Source: Opitutales bacterium
GTDB lineage: Bacteria > Verrucomicrobiota > Verrucomicrobiia > Opitutales > Coraliomargaritaceae
Reading direction: 5' to 3'
Length of the DNA: 64,000 bases
NCBI GenBank assembly: GCA_049598495.1
Contig: JBMYNR010000002.1
Location: 1-64,000 of the forward strand
In this document: positions 42,058 through 52,772 of the stretch, in pieces
How the letters are laid out: every line of letters starts with the position of its first letter
Numbering within the stretch: the stretch's first letter is position 1
Position numbers and translations under genes: made by a program
The notes under the pieces: model-generated
The model's input: only the letters and a program-made list of their open reading frames with translations
What the model was told of the DNA's origin: nothing
Database searches by the model: none

Positions 42058-45000
42058 CTAAAAAGTATAACTTCCTGAGATAGAGAAGGAGCGCCCTTTA
42101 CGGTAGGAATACTTTTCATCATCGACAATATCGGGATCGTAGATAACCCTGCGCACACTATCTGTTAAATTGTTGACACGCAGGCTGATAGAAAAGTTGT
42201 CCGATATCTTCTGTTTGATATTTAAACCTAATTCAAAGTAGGAGTCAGTATACTCGTCGAGTAAAGAAAGCGCATTGTTTTCAGCACGGCCTGAACCCAC
42301 GGCAGTAAGTACTTGGCTCTGGCCGTAGAGATAAAGCGTCGCCGTCGTTTCTGTTGGGAACTCGACAGTCACATCTGCATTCAGGATCCATTCTGGCTGA
42401 TCGTAGAGACCGCGAGCACCCGGCAAGTCAAGCTGACCATTCTCGTCAAGGAAAGGTGAGATGAAGTAAAAATCGCCACTCCCGTCGTTCAGCGGAACCG
42501 CAGACGTATAAGTGCTCACGATGTTACGAGGGCGATCAATCTCTGAATCAATCAAGGTAGCATTGAAGCCAACGCTGACATTGCTGAAGATTTCATCAGA
42601 GCCCAGCCACGAGTCGACAAAATCGAGTCCGGACCGACCTTCAATTTCGATTCCCTGGAGAGTTCCCTTGTTTTCATTATTGATATACGAAGTGAATTCG
42701 TAACGAAAACCACCCAACAGTTTAATTTTTTCGATCGAGTTTTCGATCTCCTTCGAGAATATACTAAATGAGATATACCCGTTATTAGGCAAAGTATAGT
42801 CAACACGCAGGTCATAACTCGTTACCTCAGATTGAGTTAGGTTGGGATTACCTAAAATAATCTCACCCGCACTAGCTTCATAGTCGAAATACGGAGAGAA
42901 CTCACGAAAGGAGGGATATGCCTCTGTCTTCGTGTAACCGGCTCTGAGCGTAAGATCGTCCGTAATGTCCACTTGAAGAACAATCGATGGCAGGGCGACA
43001 TCTCTCTCCAGTAAGCCACTGGCATCTCCAGTTGGAATTTCCGGATAGCCGAGTATCTCAGCGTTGGACAGCGGCCCATCAACAGTAGGATATGTTCCAC
43101 TAAGAAGGTCTCCTAAGCTAAATCCGTCCTGTCCGTTACTTCCGGCAAGCTCGGCATTACCGCTAGCCTCAAGCTCCATATTTACAAATCGGCTGCCCAA
43201 AGTGAGCTGAATTTTATCACTGATAGGAACCGAGGTCTGTAGATAAACAGATTCAACTTCACGAGACACGCTCGCCCCGGATTCATATATCTCTCCATTG
43301 AGGAGAAAGGTATCATCATTGGTAACAGGGGTTCCTCCACCAGTCTGAGGCAGATTGCTTATATTCTGAGCTAGCGCGCCCGGATTGGAGCCAACCTGAT
43401 TTGGGCCATCCAAAGCAGTGATCACCTCCGCATTCTTCCCAGAAACTTCACGCTCAATTGTCTCGGTAAAGTATCCTCCGGTGAAAGCGACATCCCTGTC
43501 TACCCAGAAGGCTGGCATCTTGTGCTCAAAATCTACACGCTTCGCGTCACTCTCGTGCTCAATACTCTGAGATGACATCAATAGGTAAGCAGGGTTTCCC
43601 TGCGCGTTTGCACTATCGACATAAAAGTCTCCCGCCCCAAGCACTCGACCGCTATCGACAGTATCCACGAGAGCTTGATAGTAATCAAACTCTGTTCTCA
43701 AAGGGATGACACTTGTAACTTCAGAATCAGATAGACCCCAAGAAAGCCATGTCTCATACCCTGTAAGCTCACTTAGATCATGATTACCAAAGATTTGATT
43801 GGCCTCAAGGGTGCGCTCTTCGTATTCAACGGTATCCTCACCTGCTACATAGGACGGAGGTAATATAGTTCCACTATTGCGGAACTCAGCTAAACGAGCT
43901 TGCGAATCTTCTCTGAAGAGTGAGCCATCAGTCGACGGATCGCCGATGATAGAAAAAGGATTTGTGTCCCCATCAATACGCACGTGACCGTCAGAAAAAC
44001 GGTTCACTCGGTCAACACGACTTTCACTAAACAGACGAACAAGTGAGATCTTGTGCTCCTCTTCAGGGCCGAAGCCAAATTGACCTCCTAACAAGTAGCC
44101 GAATAGGGAATTAGATTCCGATTGCTGGTAATCATACTCGACCGCTTTGATTGTATCACCGTTAGTGGGATCATAAAGACTACCAGGCCTATATTCAGAA
44201 GATAGATCCTCAGGAGAAATGCCAGGAAGATTGGGTTCCGATCCAGGAGGGAAGTTTCCCGCGAAACCAAATGGCGGCACGAAGCGCGGGCTAGCCTGCG
44301 GATTACTGGAAACCGATCTTTCCGCATACGTGCCTCCGCTTTTATTACTCGAATTGGAATCATAAGTTGTGGAAACTACAAAACGAAAATTTGAAAGGAA
44401 ATTACTACCTGTTTCGTAACGATCACCAAAACTCACTTGAAGGCTTCCAGCCGGCATAGGGTCGCGCTCTTCAGCACCTCCCAACACGATGGGCGATGTC
44501 ACTTCATTAAAGCCTGAATCCGGTTCAGTCAGATTATCTGGACGACCTGGTGATGCGAACGGATTGACATGATCACTCTCAGAGTAAGGAGACCTCAGGA
44601 AGCCGTCCCAGTTGTCATTATAACGAAGCCCGACTTTGGCCTCAGCGAAGAACTCGTCGGGAAAAGCACGCGTCGAAAGCTCAAAAACACCACCGCCTGA
44701 ATTGCCGGGAAATTCTGCCAAGAAAATCTTATTAGTTACGATATTATCAATAATCGAAGATGGGAACAGGTCCAACTGAACTCCTTGACGCAGGGGGTCG
44801 GGGCTGGGGACTGGCAACCCGTTCACGAGTGTGCTGTTGTAACGATCACTAAGCCCGCGAACAACAGCAAACTTACCTTCAACAACAGTCACGCCAGTGA
44901 TCTTTTTAACTAGATCAGACAGATCCGAACCTCCAAACTTTGAGAAATCTTCCGCCGACAGGAAATCGACCGCACCAACTGATAATTGCTTCAAATCAAT

Positions 45001-45654
45001 CAAAGCCATCATCTCGTTAGCTTCCTCGGCAGTGACCGTGAAATCCTGAAGCTCGTATACCTCATCCGACATGTCAGCTGGACGAGGCGGGAGCGCAAAC
45101 GGGAAGACACTTACCTGTCCCCCGGCAACCGTGTAGTCGGTAACATTGGCCTCGATGTAACCTGTCTTAATAAAACTAATCGTATATAGACCCGCCGGAA
45201 TTGGCCCCAGCGAGTAACGACCATCCTCCGCTGTGACCGTTGCAATCTCCGTACCTTCGATGATGATCGCGGCGCCAGCAAGGGGTTCTCCTGTATCTTG
45301 GTCTAAAATTTGGCCGGAAACAATGCCCTCATCTGCAGCTAGCGTGCCTTCAAACTCAGCAGCGGTTTCTTGAGCTTCTACGACAGACTGAACAACAAAT
45401 TCATCCGCTCCTTCTACAAGGGGCGTTTCTGCTGAGGCAGCATCAGTAGAAGCAATGTCAATGGCGCCCTCTTCGGAGCTTTCTGTGACTCCTTGTAGCT
45501 CACGCTCGCGCTGCTCGCGCTCGGCTTCTTTGATCGCCTCGACCTGATCTTTGTATTGATCAGGCACCACGATTTCGATCGCGCTCAATGAGGCGAAGCA
45601 AAATAGAGAGGATACGGCAGCAAGCAGTGCCTTGTTGAGAGATTTCGTTTTCAT
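42058..45654 (-). CDS. TonB-dependent receptor with N-terminal carboxypeptidase-regulatory-like domain
   Basis: Signal peptide from ATG 45654, G.ILDQDTGEPLAGA, plug VVRGLSDRYNSTLVNG, GNPNL, NNLTD, terminal SGSYTF. Confidence 0.93.
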   Translation of the reverse strand: MKTKSLNKALLAAVSSLFCFASLSAIEIVVPDQYKDQVEAIKEAEREQRERELQGVTESSEEGAIDIASTDAASAETPLVEGADEFVVQSVVEAQETAAEFEGTLAADEGIVSGQILDQDTGEPLAGAAIIIEGTEIATVTAEDGRYSLGPIPAGLYTISFIKTGYIEANVTDYTVAGGQVSVFPFALPPRPADMSDEVYELQDFTVTAEEANEMMALIDLKQLSVGAVDFLSAEDFSKFGGSDLSDLVKKITGVTVVEGKFAVVRGLSDRYNSTLVNGLPVPSPDPLRQGVQLDLFPSSIIDNIVTNKIFLAEFPGNSGGGVFELSTRAFPDEFFAEAKVGLRYNDNWDGFLRSPYSESDHVNPFASPGRPDNLTEPDSGFNEVTSPIVLGGAEERDPMPAGSLQVSFGDRYETGSNFLSNFRFVVSTTYDSNSSNKSGGTYAERSVSSNPQASPRFVPPFGFAGNFPPGSEPNLPGISPEDLSSEYRPGSLYDPTNGDTIKAVEYDYQQSESNSLFGYLLGGQFGFGPEEEHKISLVRLFSESRVDRVNRFSDGHVRIDGDTNPFSIIGDPSTDGSLFREDSQARLAEFRNSGTILPPSYVAGEDTVEYEERTLEANQIFGNHDLSELTGYETWLSWGLSDSEVTSVIPLRTEFDYYQALVDTVDSGRVLGAGDFYVDSANAQGNPAYLLMSSQSIEHESDAKRVDFEHKMPAFWVDRDVAFTGGYFTETIEREVSGKNAEVITALDGPNQVGSNPGALAQNISNLPQTGGGTPVTNDDTFLLNGEIYESGASVSREVESVYLQTSVPISDKIQLTLGSRFVNMELEASGNAELAGSNGQDGFSLGDLLSGTYPTVDGPLSNAEILGYPEIPTGDASGLLERDVALPSIVLQVDITDDLTLRAGYTKTEAYPSFREFSPYFDYEASAGEIILGNPNLTQSEVTSYDLRVDYTLPNNGYISFSIFSKEIENSIEKIKLLGGFRYEFTSYINNENKGTLQGIEIEGRSGLDFVDSWLGSDEIFSNVSVGFNATLIDSEIDRPRNIVSTYTSAVPLNDGSGDFYFISPFLDENGQLDLPGARGLYDQPEWILNADVTVEFPTETTATLYLYGQSQVLTAVGSGRAENNALSLLDEYTDSYFELGLNIKQKISDNFSISLRVNNLTDSVRRVIYDPDIVDDEKYSYRKGRSFSISGSYTF

Positions 45655-45765
45655 GTGTCGCTTGTTAAGAGATAACCCGCCACATGTGTATGTAGGCGGG
45701 GTAACGCGCACCGTAATGCGACCACGAAACAACGGCTCAATTCCAAAGTTACATGAGGCCAGAAA

Positions 45766-45811
45766 TATTACGCCTCTGTAACTTTTGTAACATTTGTGAC
45801 ACAATTGTGTC
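45766..45811 (-). promoter_or_regulatory. Pho-box-like hexamers upstream of the TBDR
   Basis: Minus-strand pairs GACACA-N5-GTCACA and GTTACA-N5-GTAATA. Confidence 0.6.
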
Positions 45812-45908
45812 TCAAAACGCGATATTCGGGCCCCAGAATGGAGGGACAGCGTCCCCGCTGTCCGCATTTGGACCTAGGGCTAGGGCATCCTGCGTTTAGC
45901 TTGAAGTA

Positions 45909-45975
45909 TGTAGCCGCCTCACTCTGTTGAGGCGTTTCTACAGGCTGACACGGCAACGGAGTGCCGTGGCTACAC
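45909..45975. repeat. GTAG-type REP pair
   Basis: TGTAGCCGCCTCACTCTGTTGAGGCG ... CACGGCAACGGAGTGCCGTGGCTACA. Confidence 0.65.
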
Positions 45976-45991
45976 CACCTTTCTCCAATGG

Positions 45992-47179
45992 CTATTGCTG
46001 GTTACTGTCTTCAAGCGATTCAACGACCTCCTCAACCGCGACATCGTCCACTTCTTCCACCACAGTGGTCGTCTGGTCCGCTTCCGTGATGGCTTGATTT
46101 ACAGGCTTGATCAGGAGCGGAAGGAAAAGCGCCAGCAAAACCGCAATCGCAGAACCGAAGAATGCTTTGCCTGCATCTCGGAAGATGAGGTTTGAAACTT
46201 TCTTCTTGGTGCGGTGGCGCAAGCGAAGCGCGATACCGACTTCACGACCCGCAAGAAGGCCGAGGAACACCCACGTTGTACTCATTGGCATCTTTTCGGG
46301 CCAAGGCACTTCCATGTTCATGGCCACAAAGAGCTTTGGAATGTAGTCTACCTTGAAAAAGAGCAGAACGAGACCGTAGAGCAAATCGATGAATGTCGCG
46401 GACCTGACATCCAGCGTGTTGGTCTTATTCGTGACCACATGTTGAATCTTGCCTCCCTTCTCCTTGAATAGGTAGCCCTGCAGGAGAACCATACCGCCGA
46501 GCGAGAGCGCTAGCCCCCACCATGAGAGCTCGCGGGGAAGATAGACAAAGATGTTGGCCAGATCTTGGACCAGCCACATGGACCAGAGGAAGCCAGTGGA
46601 AAGCCACTGGAAGACCATCCAGTTGGGGTGAAGGGCATTGGCCCCTTCTTCATCTTCCTCGAGCTCTTTCGAAACCTTGCGCTCGAGGATGTAGATCACC
46701 GCGAAAAATAGAATCAACCCGAGCAGAAAGGCGATAGCGTAGCCGACCAGAGACTTCTCCATCATCGACTTGAAAAGGTCCACGGCTGCTTTTGGCGTGC
46801 TCCCCATCTGCGCGGCGACAAGGCCCTTGAATGCGGTCAACACGAGCAGCGACGTACTCACGGGGATGCCCATCCGGGTCAGAATGACTAAGCAGAGAGG
46901 CGGCAGAACGAAAAGCCAAGTAATGAGGCCCCCGATATCGTGGGGGTGCGGAATGTTTTTGCCGTCGGCAGCCAAGCGGCCGAAAGCGGGGTCACCACCG
47001 TTGGCGATCCAACCCCAAGTCACCGTCACCACCATGATACCGGAGATCCAGATCCAGAGCACCCACCACGGCCGCTTGGCGTTGGAGGCGAGGAATGTCC
47101 CCAAGGTCTGGATCGAGTCGTTCGCAACGATGGCGTAAGCAGCCATCGCAAATCCGAGGATCATAAAAATTTCGGCCAT
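45992..47179 (-). CDS. PiT-related putative phosphate permease
   Basis: About 10 TM segments; ANDSIQTLGTF, GIPVSTS, QDLANI and MPMSTTW echo PiT GANDxAN/PVSxT repeats; divergent from pstS. Confidence 0.65.
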   Translation of the reverse strand: MAEIFMILGFAMAAYAIVANDSIQTLGTFLASNAKRPWWVLWIWISGIMVVTVTWGWIANGGDPAFGRLAADGKNIPHPHDIGGLITWLFVLPPLCLVILTRMGIPVSTSLLVLTAFKGLVAAQMGSTPKAAVDLFKSMMEKSLVGYAIAFLLGLILFFAVIYILERKVSKELEEDEEGANALHPNWMVFQWLSTGFLWSMWLVQDLANIFVYLPRELSWWGLALSLGGMVLLQGYLFKEKGGKIQHVVTNKTNTLDVRSATFIDLLYGLVLLFFKVDYIPKLFVAMNMEVPWPEKMPMSTTWVFLGLLAGREVGIALRLRHRTKKKVSNLIFRDAGKAFFGSAIAVLLALFLPLLIKPVNQAITEADQTTTVVEEVDDVAVEEVVESLEDSNQQ

Positions 47180-47243
47180 AAAAATTTCGATCTAGGATAG
47201 GTAGAGAGAAATATTTGCTAAGTCCAAGCAAAAGCCCACCGGT

Positions 47244-47354
47244 GTCACGCAATTGTTACAAGCGGCGGGCAGTTTCGATTTTTCAAAAACGGAATATTTT
47301 GTTTTCATATGAGGTTCGGGCATGCAAATCCTTTTTCGCCATACAATTGTTACA
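47244..47354 (+). promoter_or_regulatory. Pho-box-like sites at the pstS promoter
   Basis: GTCACG-CAATT-GTTACA (47244-47260) and GCCATA-CAATT-GTTACA (47338-47354). Confidence 0.7.
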
Positions 47355-48155
47355 TTTTTATCCAGCACCTTTCTGGCTGGGGCAGTCTGTGCAGGTACGG
47401 TGATCATTAAGGGCTCGGACACATTGGGGGCAAAACTGATCCCTCAGCTTGTCGAAACATACCGCGCCACTCTGGATGACGGTGGCGAAAACCTCGCTTT
47501 TGAGATCGCGGCCGAGGGCTCGACGACCGGCGTAGCTGCGATTCTTGAAGGCAGTGCCGACATTGGGATGCTTTCTCGAGGATTGGACGCTAAAGAGTAC
47601 CGCCGTGCAGAAATTCGCGGGCTCGAGCTCGAGATTCTTAAAGTGGCACGGGACGGTCTTGCAGTGATCGTCAACGAGAATAATCCACTGACGGAACTAA
47701 GCTCCCAAGAAGTGGAAGCCATATTCACAGGCGACATTCAAAACTGGGCCGCGCTCTCCTTGTTCGCAGGCGACATATCGATTTATACCCGCAGCACTGC
47801 CTCCGGAAGCTTTGGCGCATTCCAAAGCCTAGCGCTCAACAATCGTGACTACAGCTTGAACTCTCAAAAGATGACGGGTAATGAACAGATTGCGTCAGAG
47901 GTCGCTTCGAACCCTTACGGCATCGGTTATGTCGGCCTGGCCTACACGAGAACTCCCGGAGTGAAAGCACTCCCCATTGATGGACTGATGCCTGACGAGT
48001 CCGGATATACTTACGAGCGAGAGCTGTATTTCCTCATCGACAAGAATCGCGAAATGAGCGCGGAGGCTCGAGACTTTATAGACTTTTGCCTAAACGCCCG
48101 CGGCCAGCGGATCGTTACACGCATCAACTTTCTGCCATCGGCAAACACACAATAG
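47322..48155 (+). CDS. pstS: Phosphate ABC transporter substrate-binding protein
   Basis: IKGSDT, EGSTTG, DIGMLSR, YTRSTASGS, IGYVGL. Confidence 0.92.
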   Translation: MQILFRHTIVTFLSSTFLAGAVCAGTVIIKGSDTLGAKLIPQLVETYRATLDDGGENLAFEIAAEGSTTGVAAILEGSADIGMLSRGLDAKEYRRAEIRGLELEILKVARDGLAVIVNENNPLTELSSQEVEAIFTGDIQNWAALSLFAGDISIYTRSTASGSFGAFQSLALNNRDYSLNSQKMTGNEQIASEVASNPYGIGYVGLAYTRTPGVKALPIDGLMPDESGYTYERELYFLIDKNREMSAEARDFIDFCLNARGQRIVTRINFLPSANTQ

Positions 48156-48157
48156 CG

Positions 48158-49696
48158 ATGGAGCCGAGCCAAGATCATAGCCATTCCGAATCGGGGATGG
48201 CCCTAAAAGCTGGAATGTCCACGTCGGCAAACCGCCGCTTTGAGAAAACGTTCAAGAACCTGTTTCAATCGACCGCTTTTGTCACAATCTGTATACTTGG
48301 TCTGATCATCCTCTTTTTGCTTAAAGAGGGCCTTGGATTTGTTGGCAGCTATACCGAGAGTCTCAGAGAATATCGGAGCTCCGGCTTGGAGTATGTCGAC
48401 CTCATGGAGAACAAATATCGCGACTCCATCGAACTACAGAACGAACTAACCCAAATCCGAGCGGACTGGATCAAACGCTTACAGGACGATCGACAAGACC
48501 AACGGGTCATTCAGCAAACGATTGGAGACTCCGAGTTCAGTGCGCTATTTGCCGAGCTTCGGGAAACGACACTTCCACTCGGGGCCTATCTGAAGGAAAA
48601 GCGCGACTATGTCATGCACGCCAGAAACGATTCGGAGGAGGCCATTTTCGATCAAGCCTACCTTGAGGGCCTTCAATCCGACCGTGAGCGCTACGACAGT
48701 ATCATTTCCCAACTCGCGGAGGCACAGATCGCGTTGACCCGCGAGCTCGCAGTATTTCAGACAGGCCAGAAAGGCCTAGACCGAAGGCTGCAGAAGGCGG
48801 AGGCAACGGCTCTTGCTTACAGCGGAGGAGTTATTCATCACCTTGAGAGCCTTAGCGCGTGGAAAGCGGACGCCTCGATTTCAGAGTTCCGTGCGCTCAT
48901 TTCGTTTTTTACCGGCCGGCATTGGATCACTGCGAGTGACCAACAAGATTGGTATGGCCTTCTTCCGCTTCTAACGGGTTCTATCCTCATAAGCGCGATC
49001 GCGATGACGATTGCGATCCCGACCGCAATTGGTGCCGCAATCTACATCAACCAGTTCGCCAGTAAGGCCGAACGCACTCTAGTAAAGCCCTACATCGAAT
49101 TTATCTCCGCGCTCCCATCTGTGGTCATTGGTTTTTTTGGAGTCATGCTCTTTGGCGAATGGATGCGCACTTTCTCGAACATGGACGCATTTGCCTGGCT
49201 GCCATTTTTCCCGATCGAAGAACGGCTGAACGCTTTCACTGCGGGCGCCCTCCTCGCCCTCATGGCGATACCAACGATCTTCACTCTGACTGAAGACGCA
49301 CTCGAAAACGTTTCAAACTCCCTCAAGGAAGCATCACACGCAGTCGGAGCGACAAAGCTTCAAACCACCTTTCGCATCATTCTCCCAACTGCAATCAGCG
49401 GGGTGATCTCCGCAGTCATGCTCGGATTTGGACGAGTCATTGGCGAAACGATGGTCGTTCTACTTTGTGCGGGCAATCGAATCAAGATTCCCGAAATCGA
49501 TCTGGGAGGCGAGTTTCTCTTCGAGCCCGTGCATAGCATGACGGGTATCATCGCCCAGGAGATGGGAGAAGTTGTTTACGGGGGCCTCCACTATCGAGCC
49601 CTCTTTATGGTCGGGATCGTCCTGTTCCTAGTCTCACTTGCGGTGAACTACGGCGCTCAGGTCTTCGCGAAGAAATTCACCCCAAAGATGAGGTAA
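48158..49696 (+). CDS. pstC: Phosphate ABC permease PstC with long helical insertion
   Basis: KPYIEFISALPSVVIGFFG, LGFGRVIGETMVV. Confidence 0.93.
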   Translation: MEPSQDHSHSESGMALKAGMSTSANRRFEKTFKNLFQSTAFVTICILGLIILFLLKEGLGFVGSYTESLREYRSSGLEYVDLMENKYRDSIELQNELTQIRADWIKRLQDDRQDQRVIQQTIGDSEFSALFAELRETTLPLGAYLKEKRDYVMHARNDSEEAIFDQAYLEGLQSDRERYDSIISQLAEAQIALTRELAVFQTGQKGLDRRLQKAEATALAYSGGVIHHLESLSAWKADASISEFRALISFFTGRHWITASDQQDWYGLLPLLTGSILISAIAMTIAIPTAIGAAIYINQFASKAERTLVKPYIEFISALPSVVIGFFGVMLFGEWMRTFSNMDAFAWLPFFPIEERLNAFTAGALLALMAIPTIFTLTEDALENVSNSLKEASHAVGATKLQTTFRIILPTAISGVISAVMLGFGRVIGETMVVLLCAGNRIKIPEIDLGGEFLFEPVHSMTGIIAQEMGEVVYGGLHYRALFMVGIVLFLVSLAVNYGAQVFAKKFTPKMR

Positions 49697-49704
49697 CTGG
49701 TAAC

Positions 49705-50910
49705 ATGAATGGTCCAAGCTTTGCCTCCGGGGGATCCACCCAGTCTAGGCGCTCGAAAGTAAAACAGCGAGTGATGGTCGTGCTTCTGTTCATCGCCACC
49801 TACTCCATAGTAGCGAGTGTCGGCGTCATCTTCGCCACAATCACTTACCAAGGCTCCAAGGTCGTCTTCCAGCCACAGTACCCATTCATCAACACGGCAT
49901 TTCTTACACAGACTCCCGAAACGCTTCATGTTTACAAACCTCGCGCAACCGAGAACCGCTTACTGGAAAAGCAACGAACTCGGATCCAATACGAGCAACA
50001 ACTCAGCCCCTACGCGGGTAATACACTCGAGCAACAGACAGAGATTCTCGCTCAACTTGAGATCTTAAACGCCGAAATTGAGGAGCTCGAAAAGCAGTCT
50101 CAAATCGGCGAGATACGATTGAGTGAAGCCGAATTTCGTGCGCTCACCGATAAACCCTCACTCGAACAATTTACCTACGAAAACTTCGCCTATAGCGCGG
50201 GCGGGATTGGTCCGGCGATAGCCGGCACGGCAATATTGGTCGTCGGCTCCATCGCGATTGCTCTAACCCTTGGTATTCTCTGCGCGATCTATTTGAATGA
50301 GTACAGCCCACATGGACGCTTTTCTAGATGGGTGCGGCTATCCGTCCTAAACCTAGCCGGCGTACCTTCCATAGTCTTCGGCCTATTTGGATTCGGAATC
50401 TTCGTACTCTTTCTTGGCTGGGGCGTGTCTGTTCTTGCGGGATGGTTCACTCTTTCTGTCATGGTCCTGCCCATCGTGATTGCATCCAGCCAAGAGGCCA
50501 TACGCGCTGTGCCTAACTCATTCAGAGAAGGCTCGCTTGCACTCGGAGCATCTAAATGGACAACGATTCGAACCAATGTCCTGCCCCACGCCCTCCCAGG
50601 TATGTTGACCTCGTCAATCCTGAGTATCGCTCGGGTCGCGGGAGAAACTGCCCCGATCATGTTCACCGCAGCCTTCGCTCTGCGTGACCAGCTGCCGTGG
50701 GAAGGTCTCTCCAAATGGAGCGATTTCTTTTTTCAGGGCGTGATGGCCTTGCCCTATCACATATATGTGGTCAGTTCAAAGATACCCCAAAATGAGTATA
50801 CCCTACGAATGCAATACGGCGCGACATTCGTATTCCTCGTTCTCATCGGCGTTTTTGCATTAACCAGCATCCTACTACGGATCAGAATACGGCAGAAACA
50901 ACGCTGGTAA
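49705..50910 (+). CDS. pstA: Phosphate ABC permease PstA
   Basis: [33 protein letters not shown]. Confidence 0.93.
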   Translation: MNGPSFASGGSTQSRRSKVKQRVMVVLLFIATYSIVASVGVIFATITYQGSKVVFQPQYPFINTAFLTQTPETLHVYKPRATENRLLEKQRTRIQYEQQLSPYAGNTLEQQTEILAQLEILNAEIEELEKQSQIGEIRLSEAEFRALTDKPSLEQFTYENFAYSAGGIGPAIAGTAILVVGSIAIALTLGILCAIYLNEYSPHGRFSRWVRLSVLNLAGVPSIVFGLFGFGIFVLFLGWGVSVLAGWFTLSVMVLPIVIASSQEAIRAVPNSFREGSLALGASKWTTIRTNVLPHALPGMLTSSILSIARVAGETAPIMFTAAFALRDQLPWEGLSKWSDFFFQGVMALPYHIYVVSSKIPQNEYTLRMQYGATFVFLVLIGVFALTSILLRIRIRQKQRW

Positions 50911-50930
50911 TCGAAAGACTTTATAGACAG

Positions 50931-51725
50931 ATGGCCCAAGAAAGCTCCAAGACCACTCAAGAAGAGAAACCACCCATCATCCGGGTGAAGAACTTCGACT
51001 TCACATACGGTGAGGCCCAGGCACTCTTCGATATCAGTATGGATGTCCGCGAGAAAGAGGTCACCGCATTCATCGGACCGTCCGGCTGCGGCAAGTCGAC
51101 CTTTCTCCGCTGTTTCAACCGGATGAACGACCTGATCGACATCGCCCGAATCAAGGGAGGCTCAGTTGAGATTAATGGAGTCGATATCTATGAAAAGGAC
51201 GTCGATGTGATCGAACTCCGCAAACACGTGGGGATGGTGTTTCAGAAGTCGAACCCCTTTCCCAAATCGATTTACGAGAACATCGCCTACGGGCTCCGCA
51301 TTCAGGGCATCAAGAAGAAATCCATCCTCGACGATGTTGTGGAAGACTGCCTTCGGGGTGCCGCGCTTTGGGACGAGGTCAAGGACCGCCTCAACGAGAG
51401 CGCCCTCGGGATGTCTGGCGGGCAGCAGCAGCGCCTTTGCATTGCCCGCGCACTCGCCGTCAAGCCGGAGATCCTCCTGATGGACGAGCCCTGCTCCGCG
51501 CTCGATCCGATCGCCACCGCCAAGGTTGAAGAGCTTATCCACGAGTTAAAGAAGGACTACACCATCGTGATCGTGACACACAATATGCAGCAGGCTGCGC
51601 GAGTGTCCGACCGAACCGCGTTCTTCTACCTTGGAAAGCTGATCGAATACGATGTAACGGACACCATTTTCATGAACCCGAATAACGAACAGACTGAGGC
51701 CTACGTTTCAGGCCGCTTCGGCTAA
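50931..51725 (+). CDS. pstB: Phosphate ABC ATPase
   Basis: [47 protein letters not shown]. Confidence 0.98.
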   Translation: MAQESSKTTQEEKPPIIRVKNFDFTYGEAQALFDISMDVREKEVTAFIGPSGCGKSTFLRCFNRMNDLIDIARIKGGSVEINGVDIYEKDVDVIELRKHVGMVFQKSNPFPKSIYENIAYGLRIQGIKKKSILDDVVEDCLRGAALWDEVKDRLNESALGMSGGQQQRLCIARALAVKPEILLMDEPCSALDPIATAKVEELIHELKKDYTIVIVTHNMQQAARVSDRTAFFYLGKLIEYDVTDTIFMNPNNEQTEAYVSGRFG

Positions 51726-51830
51726 TATGTTGGTTTACCTAAAGGCGGCTTGGGCGAGGATAACCGCCTAAAGGCGGGACTCCAACACCACTCAACCACT
51801 TAACTATTTGACCACTTAACCACGACTACC

Positions 51831-52469
51831 ATGCAACGCTATTTCCACAAAGAACTCGAAGTGATTCGAAGTAAACTGATCCTCATCGGCGAAAAGGCCA
51901 ATGAAGCCGGGCGGCTCGCCGTCGAGGGCTTCATCCAAAGTGATCTCGAAAAGACCCAAGCAGCCGTGAAGATGGACGACGAGATCGACGATCTCGAAAT
52001 CGAGATCGACCGCGATGCGGTCCGCTATATCACCCTGCGCTCGCCCGTCTCCGCAGATGTGCGGCTCATCTTCGTTGCGATCAAGGCCAGTCACGACCTG
52101 GAAAGAGCCGGCGACGAGGCGCACAGTATCGCCAAACGTACCCGGAGCATTCTGACTCGCGACGGCAAGGTAACGAACCCGGTTAAAATCCAGGAAATGA
52201 GCGTGCTCGCATTTGCCATGATGCGCGATGCCATCACCGCCTTCCTTGATGAAAATCTCGAAATGGCCGAGGGGATCATTGAGCGCGACAGAGAGGTCGA
52301 CCGCCTCAACAAGGATAACTACAAGGCGCTTTCGAAGGGAGTAAAAGAAGACAGCGGTGAAGCCTCCACCAGCATCGAGACCATCCTCATCTCAAAGTCG
52401 ATCGAGCGGATTGCCGATCACGCCAAGAATCTAGCCGAAGAGGTCATTTACCTGTTAACGGGGGAATAG
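51831..52469 (+). CDS. phoU: Phosphate signalling protein
   Basis: [27 protein letters not shown]. Confidence 0.95.
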   Translation: MQRYFHKELEVIRSKLILIGEKANEAGRLAVEGFIQSDLEKTQAAVKMDDEIDDLEIEIDRDAVRYITLRSPVSADVRLIFVAIKASHDLERAGDEAHSIAKRTRSILTRDGKVTNPVKIQEMSVLAFAMMRDAITAFLDENLEMAEGIIERDREVDRLNKDNYKALSKGVKEDSGEASTSIETILISKSIERIADHAKNLAEEVIYLLTGE

Positions 52470-52533
52470 ATTGTAGAACGCTGACGACGGAGCACGGCAG
52501 CACCCGGATGACGGGGCTTACATGAACACAGTT

Positions 52534-52625
52534 GCGGGTTCCTCACAATGGCTTTCGCCATCGTGCTACAGGAGCGGAAGCGGGTACCTCACAATGGCTT
52601 TCGCCATCGTGCTACAGGAACGGAA
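52534..52625. repeat. Tandem 46-bp GTAG-type REP duplication
   Basis: GCGGGT(T/A)CCTCACAATGGCTTTCGCCATCGTGCTACAGGA(G/A)CGGAA twice. Confidence 0.85.
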
Positions 52626-52772
52626 ATTCAACCGTACATTTATTGATAAGCCTATTTTCTCCTATTAATTTGGCGCTCTTCCTGCTAGTCTACATAGGCT
52701 GATGTGATCGCCCAGAGAGACCTGAGGCGCTGTCGGCAACAACCACTCATCGAAATCCGAAATTCAGTCATT

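Noticed and set aside
45655..45867. Longer TBDR start given by the ORF track
   Set aside because: The signal peptide begins at MKTKSL (45654); the upstream part overlaps promoter boxes
52534..52625. Possible mini-CRISPR
   Set aside because: Two adjacent REP-like copies without a unique spacer
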